64,000 bases of DNA, from NCBI GenBank assembly GCA_036785375.1, contig JAWMAR010000471.1, positions 558,001-622,000 on the forward strand. Direction: 5' to 3'. The notes beneath the pieces were generated by a model that made no database searches, had not been told where the DNA came from, and was given only the letters and a program-made list of their open reading frames with translations. A program made the position numbers and the translations under genes. The DNA comes from Leucoraja ocellata. Taxonomy: Eukaryota. Every line of letters begins with the position of its first letter. The first letter of the stretch is position 1. Shown here piece by piece: positions 14,022 through 25,900 of the stretch.

Positions 14022-14199
14022 GTAGGTCAAGGGAACGCTGTAAGTGGGACTGAGATGTGGGATGATGTGTTGATAAAGACAATGTCAAAGGTAAAGTGTA
14101 AATAGTGTGCGAAACACGGGAATGCTAGACTGCATTCTTCAGGTTAGGGCGGTATTAACTAGAAAATGTTTGTTTAAGAAATTACTGCAGTTACTGGAG

Positions 14200-14340
14200 A
14201 TAATCGAATCTAGACAAAAATGCTGGAGAATTAGACAGCGGGTGAAGCGGCATCTAGGAAGCGACAGAATAGGTGACGTTTCGGGTCGAGACTGATCAGT
14301 CTGAAGAAGGGTCTCGACCCGAAACGTCACCTATTCCTTT
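14200..14340. mobile_element. Penelope-like pLTR-derived hairpin with minimal hammerhead core, in GPCR intron
   Basis: Perfect 26-bp inverted repeat 14267-14292 / 14311-14336; CTGAAGA-a-GGGTctcgACCC-GAAAC-GTC at 14301-14328. Confidence 0.7.
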
Positions 14341-14394
14341 GTTAAGCTAATTGATCGTTGGTCGTTCATTGGATCTGGCACAGGTTAATTCTCT

Positions 14395-15340
14395 TCAGAT
14401 TCAGGTTTAGGTGCATTGTTGTCATGTCTCTCCGGGAGCTGCAAAAAGCTATGGTTTGCAAGAAATCAAAATTAGATCAAATAATATTGAATAACAGTAC
14501 AAACAATTCAATCTCAGAAACAGGTAGTGTAAAAGTGGAAATCGGAGTGCAGAGCGTAGTTCAAGTTTGGGAGCGCGCTGCAGCGTATCACATCCACAAA
14601 GCCCAATGTCCGCAAGGGGATATAGGTGAAACGGCAATGCCCTGGCATATGGAAGAGCGGCTCAGAATCCAGAGAGCAGAGGGGAAAGAGCTGTTCTGGA
14701 GTCTTGTGGAGCGAGCTTTAAGCCTTCTCCATTTTCTGCCCGACGAGAGCAGGAAGTAGAAGGAATGAGCGGGGTGAAACATGTCGCCGTTTCCAAGGGA
14801 TTGTGAAGTGCGAACGCAGTCAACAGTGTGGAGTCCATTTCGTGATATGGACCCGGCGTCTTCCAGAACCCTGTGCAATTTATTCTTTATTGGGCACAAG
14901 CTTTGTGCGGCACCGTTGTTGAGAATTATTGTGGAAGGGTGTTACCACTAATTCTCTCGGTTTATTCTTTAGGAAGTTGAGTATCCATTCGCAAGCTGGT
15001 GCACTGATCGCTGGGATCTGGAGTTTATCAATGGGGTTGGAATGGAGTAGTGTTGAAGGATGGTTCTCCAGCGGATAAATGGAATCCGACTTTCGACTCC
15101 TTGTTGCCCGGCTGTTCCCGGGAAGGGTTTAGGTCCAGGACGATGGCGTCTGATGCGGACATGTTGCTGCAATATAGAGTCTGCGGTGCATTACGGGTGG
15201 CTGGGAGACAGCTCACGCTACCTGCGTAGACCGCTGCTAATTAATCCGCACAGCTCCTTGGCAAGCACACAGGTTTGCATGTGGGCCAGATGTTTTCGAA
15301 CAAATAAGCAAAGCGTAACCCAAGTTTGACCCCCGCCTCC
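14395..15340 (-). mobile_element. Degenerate Rex1/Babar-type LINE fragment filling the GPCR intron (also 1-490, 29680-30640; 48550-49855 on +)
   Basis: Broken RT-like peptides (KLIDKLQ..CEWILNFL; RRLKARSTRLQNSSFPSA; WITGQQQ/VEVIEDVKFL in copy 4). Confidence 0.7.
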
Positions 15341-15399
15341 AAATTTACATCACGTGTCCCTTACATGTAACTACAGTTTCCTCTTTTCTACACCCGCAG

Positions 15400-16349
15400 T
15401 GAACTTGCTGGCAATTGTGATCCTGTCCCGCAGAAATTGTGGTCTCTCCAAATGCATCACTCGATACCTGGTGGCCATGGCGACGGCGGACCTCTCGGTG
15501 ATTGTCTGCGAAGTGATATTAAATCAGATTGCCGACCTATACTGGATGAAAACATTCCTCTTCCACAATACTGTGTGCAGGTCCATTATGTTCCTCGCTC
15601 CCGCGGCCGTTGCCTGTTCTGTGTGGCTCACGGTTGCTTTCACATTTGATCGCTTTGTGGCCATTTCCACTCAGGCTCTGAGAACCAGATACTGCACTGA
15701 GAGAACCGCGCTGGTGGTTATAGTGACCCTAACTGCGTTCTTCTGTTTACAGAACGTCCCCTGGCCTTTTGCGTACAATTATTATTTCAGGGATCAGCAG
15801 GGTATACAGTGGGGCTGCCTAATACGATATCAGTTTTATAGCCTATCCTGGTGGCTAGCTTTTTCCTGGACTCAACAGCTGCTAGTCCCAGTCATTCCAT
15901 TTTGTTTGATTATGCTGATGAACGTGCTCACAGTCAGACGCATTTTAGTGGCCAGTCGTGTCCGCAGAAATCTCCGCGATCTCAGTAGTGAGGACCCCGA
16001 GATCGCAAACCGCAGACGGTCCGTAATTGTACTCCTTGCAATCTCCAGCAGTTTTATGCTACTCTGGGGCACAAATGTGGTATATTTCGTTTTCTATCGA
16101 ATTACGAATGCATTTATGCCCAGGGGGTTCAAGAACCCATATGCAAAATTTGATCAAACAGGAATTCTGCTACAACTGTTGAACACCTGCACAAACACGC
16201 TCATTTACACCGTGACACAGAAGAGGTTCAGACAGCATCTGCTCCAGGTACTCATGTACCCCTTCACCCTAACTGTAAGTTTAATAAAATCGAGAAATCT
16301 GGTGTTAAATAACATTACAAATCCCTTTGTGAGTAAGTGCAAAAACTAG
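15400..16349 (+). CDS. GPCR copy 2, coding exon 2 (spliced product 339 aa, frameshift-extended C-terminus)
   Basis: Acceptor AG at 15398-15399; intact 7TM frame; about 92% amino-acid identity to copy 1 by manual comparison. Confidence 0.9.
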
Positions 16350-17069
16350 GTAATGAAGGAGGTTACACAAAAAAGCTGGAGGTTTTCTCGGATATCTTTC
16401 CGCATCAATTTTCCAAAAAATAGCTTAGAAATACAATCTGAACGCGCCCCTTGCACTGGAATGCACATTTGGCCATCTATTTAACCTGCGACACGGGCGC
16501 GTTGTTCAAAATGCCCAGTGGGAAGGGCGGCCATGTGGAACCGAGTGCTATGTTGTACTGGAGCAGACCTCCAATGATTCCGGAATTGAGCCTCGCCGTT
16601 AACTGTTACACATTCCTTTGGCAACGGCAACGGCAACGTCTCCAGCACGCAATGAAAACAGACATAGAGTTATGGTCCTAAACATTGCACGCTCCATTTC
16701 TCTACAATTCTTTGAGCCGTTCCATGGTTACGTATGTAAATGCCCAGTGCATCAATGTGTTTAATAAAATTCTTGTTGCAACATTTACGTTAATGAGAGT
16801 TCCATTCTATTTTTCCTTCTCGCACTGAATGTTATGCCTCATTGCTTCTTACAAAGGCCTTCGGTTTTCAGTACAATCAGTAATTCTGCACCAGATGCAG
16901 CCAAAGGTAGTGGGTGCCGTTCAAACAAGTTGGCATTACTAACTATATTTTTTAATGGAAGAAGAGTGTCACAAGCTAGTGTCCAGTAGATGGCTGTAAG
17001 GTGAGTATGTTCGCCTGTGTGATAAGCCAGAGATTCTGCATCGTTTTGCATTAATGCCCCACCTCCATC

Positions 17070-19870
17070 TAGCTTGTCCATTTATAATTGTATATGTTTC
17101 TATAAGACACCCCCCCCCCCCCCCTCATCTTTCTAAACTCCAGTGAATACAAGCCCAGTCTTTTCAATCTTTCCTCATATGACAGTCCCGCCATCTCAGG
17201 GATCAATCTCGTGAACCTACGCTGAAATGCGTCAATCACAAGGATGTCCTTCCTCAATTTAGGAGACCAAAACTGCACACAATACTCCAGATATGGCCTT
17301 ACCAGAGCTCTATACAACTGCAGAAGAACCTCTTTACTCCGATACTGAAATCTTCTTGTTATGAAGGCCAACATTCCATTGGCTTTCTTCACTGCCTCCT
17401 GTATCTGCACGCCAACGTTCAATGACTGGTGTACAAGGCCGCCCAGGTCTCGATGCACCCCCCCCCCCCCCCCTTACCTAACCTAAACCCATTGAGATAG
17501 TAATCTGCTCCCTTGCGTTTGCCGGCAAAGTGGATAACCTCATATTTATCTATATTATACTGCATCTGCCACGCAACTGCCCATTCACTCTACCTGTCCA
17601 GGTCACCCTGCAACCTCCTAACATCTTCTTCACAGTTCACACTGCCACCCAGCTTTGTGTCATCTGCAAACCTGCTAGTTTTGCTCCTAATTCCCTCTTC
17701 CAAATCATTAATATATATGGTGAAATGTTGCGGCCCCAACACCGAGACTTGAGGCACTCCACTCGCCACTGCCTGCCATTCTGAAAATGACCCGTTCACT
17801 CCTACTCGTTGCTTCCTGCCTGCCAATCAATTTTCTATCCATGTCAACTCCCTATCACCAATACCATGTGCTCTAATTTTAGTCACCAGTCTCCCGTGCG
17901 GCACCTTATCAAAGGCTTTCTGAAAGACTAGATACTCTACATCCAACGGATCCCCTCCAACCATTTAACTTGTCGCACCTCAAAAAATTCCCGAAGATTA
18001 GTCAAGCGTGATTTCCCTTTTCATAAATCCATGTAGACTTGGAGTAATCCTTTTGCTATCCAAATTCCCCATTATTACCTCTTTATTAATTGACTCCAGC
18101 ATCTCATCTACCACCGAAGTCAAGCTAACTTGTCTGTAAGTCCCTGTTTACTCTCTCGCTCCTTTCTTGAAAAGTGGGATGAGGAAGACATAAATAATTT
18201 GCCGGAATTAGCAGGGGACCGAGGGTCAAATAAGATGGAGGAGCGGAGTGAAATGCATGTTAGTCGGGAAGTGGTGTGAGGTAAATTGAATGGATTAAAG
18301 GCCGAGAAATCCCCAGGGCCAGATAGGCGGCATCGTAGAGTGCTAAAGGATGTAGCCCCAGAAATAGTGGATGCATTCGTGATCATTTTTCAAAACTCTT
18401 CAGATTTTGGAGTAGTTCCTGAGGATTGGAGGGTAGCTAATGTAACCCCACTTTTTAAGAAGGGAGGGAGAGAGAAAACGGGGAATTACAAATAAGTCAG
18501 TCTAACATCGGTAGTGGGGAAATGCTCGAGTCAGTTATTAAAGATGGGATAGCAGCACATTTGGAAAGTGGTGAAACCATTGGACAGTCAGCATGGATTT
18601 ATGAAAGGTAAATCATATCTGACGAATCTCATTGCATTTTTCGAAGATGAAACTAATAGAGTGGATAAGGAAGAACCAGTGGATGTGTATATCTGGACTT
18701 TCAGAATGCTTTCGACATGGCCCCACATAAAAGATTAGTACGCAAACTTAAAGCACACGGTATTGGGGCTTCACTATTGATGTGGATAGAGAACTTGCTG
18801 GCAGACAGGAAGCAAAGAGTAGGAGTAAACGGGTCCTTTTCAGAATGGCAGGCAGTGACTAGTGGGGTACCGCATGGCTCGGTGCTGGGACCCCAGCTAT
18901 TTACTATATATATTGATGATTTGGACGAGGCAATTGAATGCAACCTCCATGTTTGTGGATCACACGAAGCTGGGGGGCAGTGTTAGCTGTGAGGAGGATG
19001 CTAGGAGGCTAGAAGATAACTTGGATAGGCTGGGTGAATGGGCAAATGCATGGCAGATGCAGTATGATGTGGATAAATGTGAGGTTATCCACTTTGGTGG
19101 CAAGACAGGTGAGTAGACTAATATCTGAATGGTGGCCGATTAGGAAAAGGGGAGATGGAACGAGACCTGGGTGTCATGGTACACCAGTCATTGAAAGTTG
19201 GCATGCAGGTGCAGCAGGCAGTGAAGAAAGCGAATGGTATGTTGGCATTCATAGCAAAAATGTTTTGAGTGTAGGAGCAGGGAGGTTCTATTGCAGCTGT
19301 ACAGGGCCTTGGTGAGACCACACCTGGAGTATTTCGTACAGTTTTGATTTCCTAATCGGAGGAAAGACATTCTTGCCATAGAGGGAGTACAGAGAAGGTT
19401 CACCACACTGATTCATGGGATGGCAGGACTTCCATATGAAGCACGACTGGATAGACTCGGCTTGTACTCGCTAGAATTTGGAACATTGAGGGGGGGGGGG
19501 GGTTATAGTAACTTACAACACTTATAACGGGTTGGACAGGCTAGATTGTTCCCGATTTTGGGGATTCCAGAACAAGGGGTCACAGTTTAAGGATAAGGGG
19601 GAAGTATTTTAGGACCGAGATGAGAAAGAAAAATCAATCTGAGAGTAGTGAATCTGTGGAATTGTCTGCCACAAAAAGTAATCGACGTCAGCTCATTGGC
19701 TATATTTAAGATGGAGTTGGATGTGGCCCTTGTGGCTAAAGGGATCTTGAGGTATGGAGTGAACGCAGGTACATGATACTGAGTTGGACGATCAGCCATG
19801 GTCATATTGAATGGCGGTGCAGGCTTGCAGGGCCGAATGGCCTACTCCTGCACCTATTTTCAATGTGTCT
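17070..19870. mobile_element. Head-to-head CR1 fragments (17070-18180 -, 18180-19870 +), paralogous to 2190-4710
   Basis: Same RT motifs and same junction as in unit 1. Confidence 0.85.
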
Positions 19871-19879
19871 ATGTTACTA

Positions 19880-21945
19880 TAACATTAGCTATACTTCCAT
19901 CCACAGGAACTGACCCTGAATCGTTTGAACATTGGACAATGGTCACCAATGCGTCCACTATTTGTAGAGCCACCTCCATGAGGATCAAGAGATGCAGACC
20001 ATCAGACCCAGGGGATTTATCATCCTTCCGTCCCATTCGCCTACCCAATTCTATTTCTCGCCTAAAGAAAATGTATTTCAGTTCTTCTACGCCTCAGATC
20101 CTCTGTCCTCCAGTACATCTGGGAGATTGTTTGTGTCTTCTTCAGTGAAGACAGATCCGAAGTACCAGTTCAACTATTCTGCCATTTCATTATCACCCAT
20201 AATAATTTCACCCGTGTCCGTCTTCAAGAGACCCACATTTGACTTTGCGACTTTTTCCTCTTAATATATCTAAAGAAGCTTTTATAGTCCCTCCTGATAT
20301 TCTTGACCAACTTCCACTCACACTTCATCTTCTCAGCCCCTATTGCACGTTTTGTTTCCTTCTGTTGCCCTATGAACGTTTCCCAATCCTATGGCTTATG
20401 GCTACTTTTTGCTGTGTCATACATCTTTTCTTTGACTTTTATTCTATTCTGAACTTCTCTTGTCAGCCGCGGTTGCCTCCTACTCCCCTTAGAATCTTTC
20501 TTCCTTTTTCGAATGAAATTATCCTGCGTCTTCCGGATTATGCCCAAACATTCCTGCCATTGCTGTTCCATCGTCATTCCTGCTAGGATCCCTTTCCGGG
20601 CTACCTTGGCGAGCTCCCCTCTCATGCCTTCATAGTCCCCTTTGTTCAACTACATCACTGACATTTCCGATTTAATCTTCTCCTTCTCAAATTGCAGATT
20701 AAAACTAATCATATTATGATCACTACCCCCAAACGGTTCCTTTCCTCGAGTTCTCTTATCAAATCTGGATGATTGGACACCACTAAATCTAGAATTCTCT
20801 GGTCGCCTCCATTACAAGCTGCTATAATAACCCATCTCGGAGGCACCAGAGTAGCATTACCTTAGTTACATGGCCGATTTAACTCCTGCTGCAACTTACA
20901 CGCTACATCCGGGCTACTATTTGGGGGTCTGTAGATAACACCAGTTAGTGTTCTTGCCTTTACAATTATTCAACTGCAGCCACGTCTCAGTAATCCCCAC
21001 AATGTAATATCTACCAACCACTAACTGAGCCTTAAGCTCATCTACTTTACTTCTTATACTTTGCGCATTCATATACAATACTTTTAATTCCTTACGCATC
21101 TTACCTTTCAAATCGATCCCTATTAAACTTGGCCTTAGTCTCCTATCCCTTTGTGAGTTTTCTTTCCCGTTAATTCTGGGGGTCATTAACTATCAATTTA
21201 TTCTTGTTTCCCTTTAACTCCGTCCTTGACTATCCTATTTGACAACCCCCCCCCCCCCCCCCCGCTTAGTCAGTTTAAAACCACCAGTGTAGCAGTGCCA
21301 AACCTGCCTGCCAGAATTCTAGTGTCCCACCTGATAAAGTGCAATCAGTCCCTTTTGTACAGTTACCCCTTACTCCAAAAGATCCCAGTGATTTAAGAAT
21401 CTAAATCCCTGCCCCCTGCACCAGGTCCTCAGCCACGCATTCATGACATGTATCTCCCTGTTCCAGATCTCGCCAGCACGAGGAAATGGAAGCAACCCGG
21501 AGATAACAACCCTGGAGGTCCTGCCCTTCAGCAATTTTCCGAGCTCTCTCAAGTCACGTTAAAGAATATTCATCCCCTTCTTTCCGATATCGTTTGTGCC
21601 GACATGCACAATTAAGGGACATAAGTTTAGGGGTTACATGAGGGGAAACATCTTTATTCAGAGAGTGGTAGCAGTGTGGAATGAGCTTCCAGTGAAGGTG
21701 GTGGAGGCAGGTTCGTTTTTATCATTTAAAAATACATTGGATAGTTATATGGACTGGAAAGGAATGGAGGGGTATGGTCTGAGCGCCGCTCACTGTGTTA
21801 ACGTCTTCTGTCCCGACAGCTTCTAAGTGGGTTAGCCTGTTCTCAAGAGGTACAATACCCGTGGACCTTTGCATTCCATGTGTCCTTCCCTTTCTCACCG
21901 TCATCCACCTTCTCTCTTCCAGTACCGTAGGTTTAGTTACCTGCT
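19880..21945 (-). mobile_element. CR1-clade LINE 5' portion (ORF1 esterase-like + ORF2 endonuclease start), fragmented
   Basis: RVVISGLLP..NAWLRTWCRGQGFRFL (SGNH-like ORF1); VLYMNAQSIRSK..VGITETWL (APE endonuclease). Confidence 0.85.
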
Positions 21946-22684
21946 GCAAAAAATGGAGAATGATGAATAACACTTTTATCGAAATATAAACTGATAACAA
22001 AAGTATTTTGGGGACAAATGTGTTTTCCTTCAGCTGCTTGCGCCAGTTGTGATCTCCATTGGGATCGGTGTCCATTTGTGACATGGCTCCACTTTCCACA
22101 GCAATCTGTTCTGAACTAGATTTACCAACAAACTCTGCATGCATCGTATCCAGCCGCCACGCCTCCAACTGAATGCCAATAGCTCTACTATTCCGGTCCT
22201 CGACTCTTCCCCCTGATCACACCATTCTTCTCCAAGCCCATCTCTGATTGCTCATGTAAGTACCCAGGTTACAAATCTGCTTAATATAATGAGTTTACAA
22301 TGCACATTAAAGATTCACTCTTCACCAGTTGCAACCAACGGTGGCGGATGGTGTTTATACAAGCAAGGGAATCTAATTATATTTTAAGGAAGCAGAGTCT
22401 AATAGTCGGGGGCGGTAAAACGAGAAGGTTCGCGATTGTGATTTGTCATGGAGCAAATTGGTCTGGCATTTATCTCCCAAGCCATTACCCCAGCGCATAC
22501 GCTGCAGTTCTGCAGATGCAAAGTGTTGAGAATGAAAATAAGAGGAAACAGCTTGAAAGGATGAGTCTCAGACTCGTGTGCATCGTACGTAGAACTCCGC
22601 AGTTGGGAAGACGTTGAGAATGATGGAGGATGCTTCCAATGAAATTGTAACCGATTACGAAAAATAAGGAACCGTTCTGCTGTT

Positions 22685-22987
22685 TTTTTTGTTTTTTTTA
22701 ATCAAAACATTTATTCAATTATTAAAAAATAATATTTACACTACAATAAAAGAAGCCAGAACCCACCACCATAAATACAATACAAACATATATCCATAAT
22801 AAACTATTATACAATTATGATACAATCCTTATTGAGGATACATTCAACACCCTGCGGAGCCCAGCGGTCACGGAACTCCGTCAGGGTGCCCACAGACAGG
22901 GCGTATTCCCTTTCTAATCCCACTCGGGCACGGACGTAACCCCGGAAAAGGGGCAGGCAGCTGGCCCGGGTAGAGCCCTCCGCCGCC
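22685..22987 (-). mobile_element. L1/Tx1-clade LINE 3' end with poly(A) and 14-bp TSD
   Basis: TSD ACCGTTCTGCTGTT at 22671-22684 and 22988-23001; FRGYVRARV..FRDRWAPQG peptide; absent in unit 1 (~5190). Confidence 0.85.
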
Positions 22988-25900
22988 ACCGTTCTGCTGT
23001 TAGTGCCAGCTAGGATATTTATGAGGATTAGGGTTGTTTGGTGACTTTTGACTTGGCGGCAACTTCTGCACAACTCTTTCCATAACATTATTTACAATCA
23101 AACCCTCCATACTTTGAATCCAACAGCCAAGCCTTCAGCTCTCAATGCCAATAGGTCCACAATTCCGTTCCTCAACCGTTCCATGCCCACCACTCTTTTC
23201 CTTTTGTGGCCATCTTTGATTTTCCATGTTAGTTCCCAGACCACAATACTTGATTCACATCTTGTAAATGGCTTCTCCCACATTCGTGCAATAATATGTA
23301 TATATAAACACATACATTTCGTTTAGGGATACAGCGCGGAAACAGGACCCTCGGCTCACAAAGTCCGCGTTGATCAGCGATTCCCGCACACTAACACAAT
23401 TCTGCGCAATGGAGATATTTTACCATTTTACCGAAACTACAAACTGATACGTCTTTGGAGTATTCGAGGAGACCAGGATAAAACGCTTCTTGGCGAACGG
23501 ACCACTCGTCACGCGGATAACGGACAAACTCCGTGCAGGCAACAACCGTGGTCAGGATCAAACCCGGATCTCTGGCTGTTTCGGACAGCAACATTACCGC
23601 TGCGGCGCGTGGCCTCCGTCCCCGTTCTGCAGCGGGCGAATCAGTCATACCGGGCTAATCATCAGTTATAGGTGATAAGCAGTTTAGGTCTGGCCTAGCC
23701 GGTGATACTCTGTCGGCGGTGGGCTGCCTACTGCTGGGTTTAGCCGCGGCTAAATCAAATTTGGCTGCGCTTTATACACATTCGAGACACATGCAGGTTT
23801 GCCGTTTAATTGGTCTCTGTAATTGTTCCTGCGTGCAGGAGGGAGGCTGTGTGCGGGTCCTTGCTGGTCGGCGCGGACGCGATGGAGCGAAGGGACAGTT
23901 TTCACTCTGTAAACTAAACTTAAGAAAACTCAAGGAATATATTATAGTTCACTTTATAATTCGCTCTCTTCAGAAACGGCTCGGTTAGATTGTTTCCCTT
24001 TCAAAGTCATTATCGTGTAACTGAAATGTAACTAGCAGATGGAAGAGTTGTCACCGGAAGTAAAGATAATGATATGTTTCTGTCTTCCTCTTCACACTTC
24101 TTTATTCTTCCAAGTACTTTTTAGATAGAAAGAACAACAGATGAAAAACTATTTTGGTCTCAACATGAATCCTATTAAATCGGAGACAAAAATATATGCG
24201 GGATTGATTCGAGTTGATCAAGAGCACCTTGGTTCGCATTGAATAATTAAAATTATTGAAACAGAATTTCTTGCTTGTTTCATATTGCTCGTGTTGACAG
24301 TGGTTCAACGACGAAGACATATTCACCTGGTTAACTTGGCCAACACATTCCTAAGTATTCATAATGTGAGTGTTAATAATAAATAGATTTTGGACTACAT
24401 CGACTAAACCTGGTGTTTTCATTCCAGTATTGAAAGAAGTTGCGCAACTTCTGGGGGCTGATAAATCCTCGGTAACCCGTCATTGTCAATGTGTATCTGC
24501 AACAACAGAGGTGCAGCTGTAGAAACGCTGCAGAATATGACAGTGCCCCAATGCTTTATTTCATCGAATCAGCTTTTTAACATTAAGACCGAACTCTCTC
24601 TTCAGTTCATGAATGTATTTTTTATTGCTAATATTATGCCAATCTCCGTTCAGTCACTATTCAAATACACATTTACTGATTGCACATGGTGAATTCCGTT
24701 TTGTAGAAAAATAAATAGCCTTGAACATTAAACCTATTTTTCGCCGTACAACTGCTGCATTGCCGCTGGAGATTTATTTTATTTTCTGTGCAATTGTACA
24801 TGTTCAGTATCTGCGGTATTTTGTATTTTATTAAACTACGCCCTATTGCAGCTGGTCCAAATTCGGCGCATGTTCTGCTGTATAAGCCAAGCATGCATGG
24901 TACAGCCATTGCCTGAAAATGAAATACTTCGTTTTATAGCAGGCACAATCACCGTTCACAATCACTGCACCTCTTCGGACTTCCTGTAGCCATTGCGAAA
25001 TGAATACCAAACTTCCTAAACCTGGTCCAGACTCTGTCTGTATTGGAACTTAGAACATAGAACATACAGCAAAAAATCGTTCAGTTTAGTTTATTGCCTC
25101 GTGTACCGAGGTACATTAGAAAGCTTTTGTTGCGTGCTATCCAGTCAGCAGAAAGACAGCACATGATTGAAATCGAGCCATTCGCAGTATTAAAGATACA
25201 TGGTAAGGGAACATGGTTTCATGCAAGGTGAAGCCAGCATAGCCCGATCAAACATGGTGCTCGGGTCAGCATTTCGATGGATCAGTTGAAGAACAGATTT
25301 TTAGTTCACAATGTTCCTGTCGACCCGATACCAAGACCAGCTCCGATCTACCTGCGCGTAATCAATATCCTTCCATTCCCTGCAGAATCATATCTCCATC
25401 CAAAACTATTTTACATTCTACTATCGTATCCGCCTTAACCAGCAGCGCGTTATAAACACTCGCCACACTTTGTGTAAAACCTTGCGCCGCACATTTTTTT
25501 TAAATGTTGCCCTTCTTAGCATAAAGCTGTGCCCTCTTCGATACATTTTTTCCATTCTGGGAAAATCAGGTCTCCCCGCAATCTCCGACGTTCCAGAGGG
25601 ATAAAAATCCAATTATGACCAATCTCTCCCTGTATCTAATACCCGCTAATCCAGCCACCATGCGCAACTGAGCAACTGCGTCTGTAAAACACGCTGTTCT
25701 TATTAATTTCGCCATCTTGCTGAATTGGCAAAGTCATTCACTAATGGCCTTGTTGCCGGTCACCAGTTTGTGCAGCGTTGTAGTTTAGTTATTTTACATT
25801 AGTTTGGTGGAGTTAAAGTAACCTAAACAAATACAATTACAAAAACAATACTAAACAAAAAAAAAACACAAATTAATGACCAGGTACACTACACCCACTG

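Noticed and set aside
14358-14759. 133-aa and 192-aa (29643-30221) intronic ORFs
   Set aside because: Antisense readings of a decayed Rex1 fragment; lengths not conserved between copies.
21722-22168. 148-aa minus-strand ORF as a novel gene
   Set aside because: The C-terminal half is CR1 ORF1 sequence, the start is non-ATG, and the rest has no recognisable domain.
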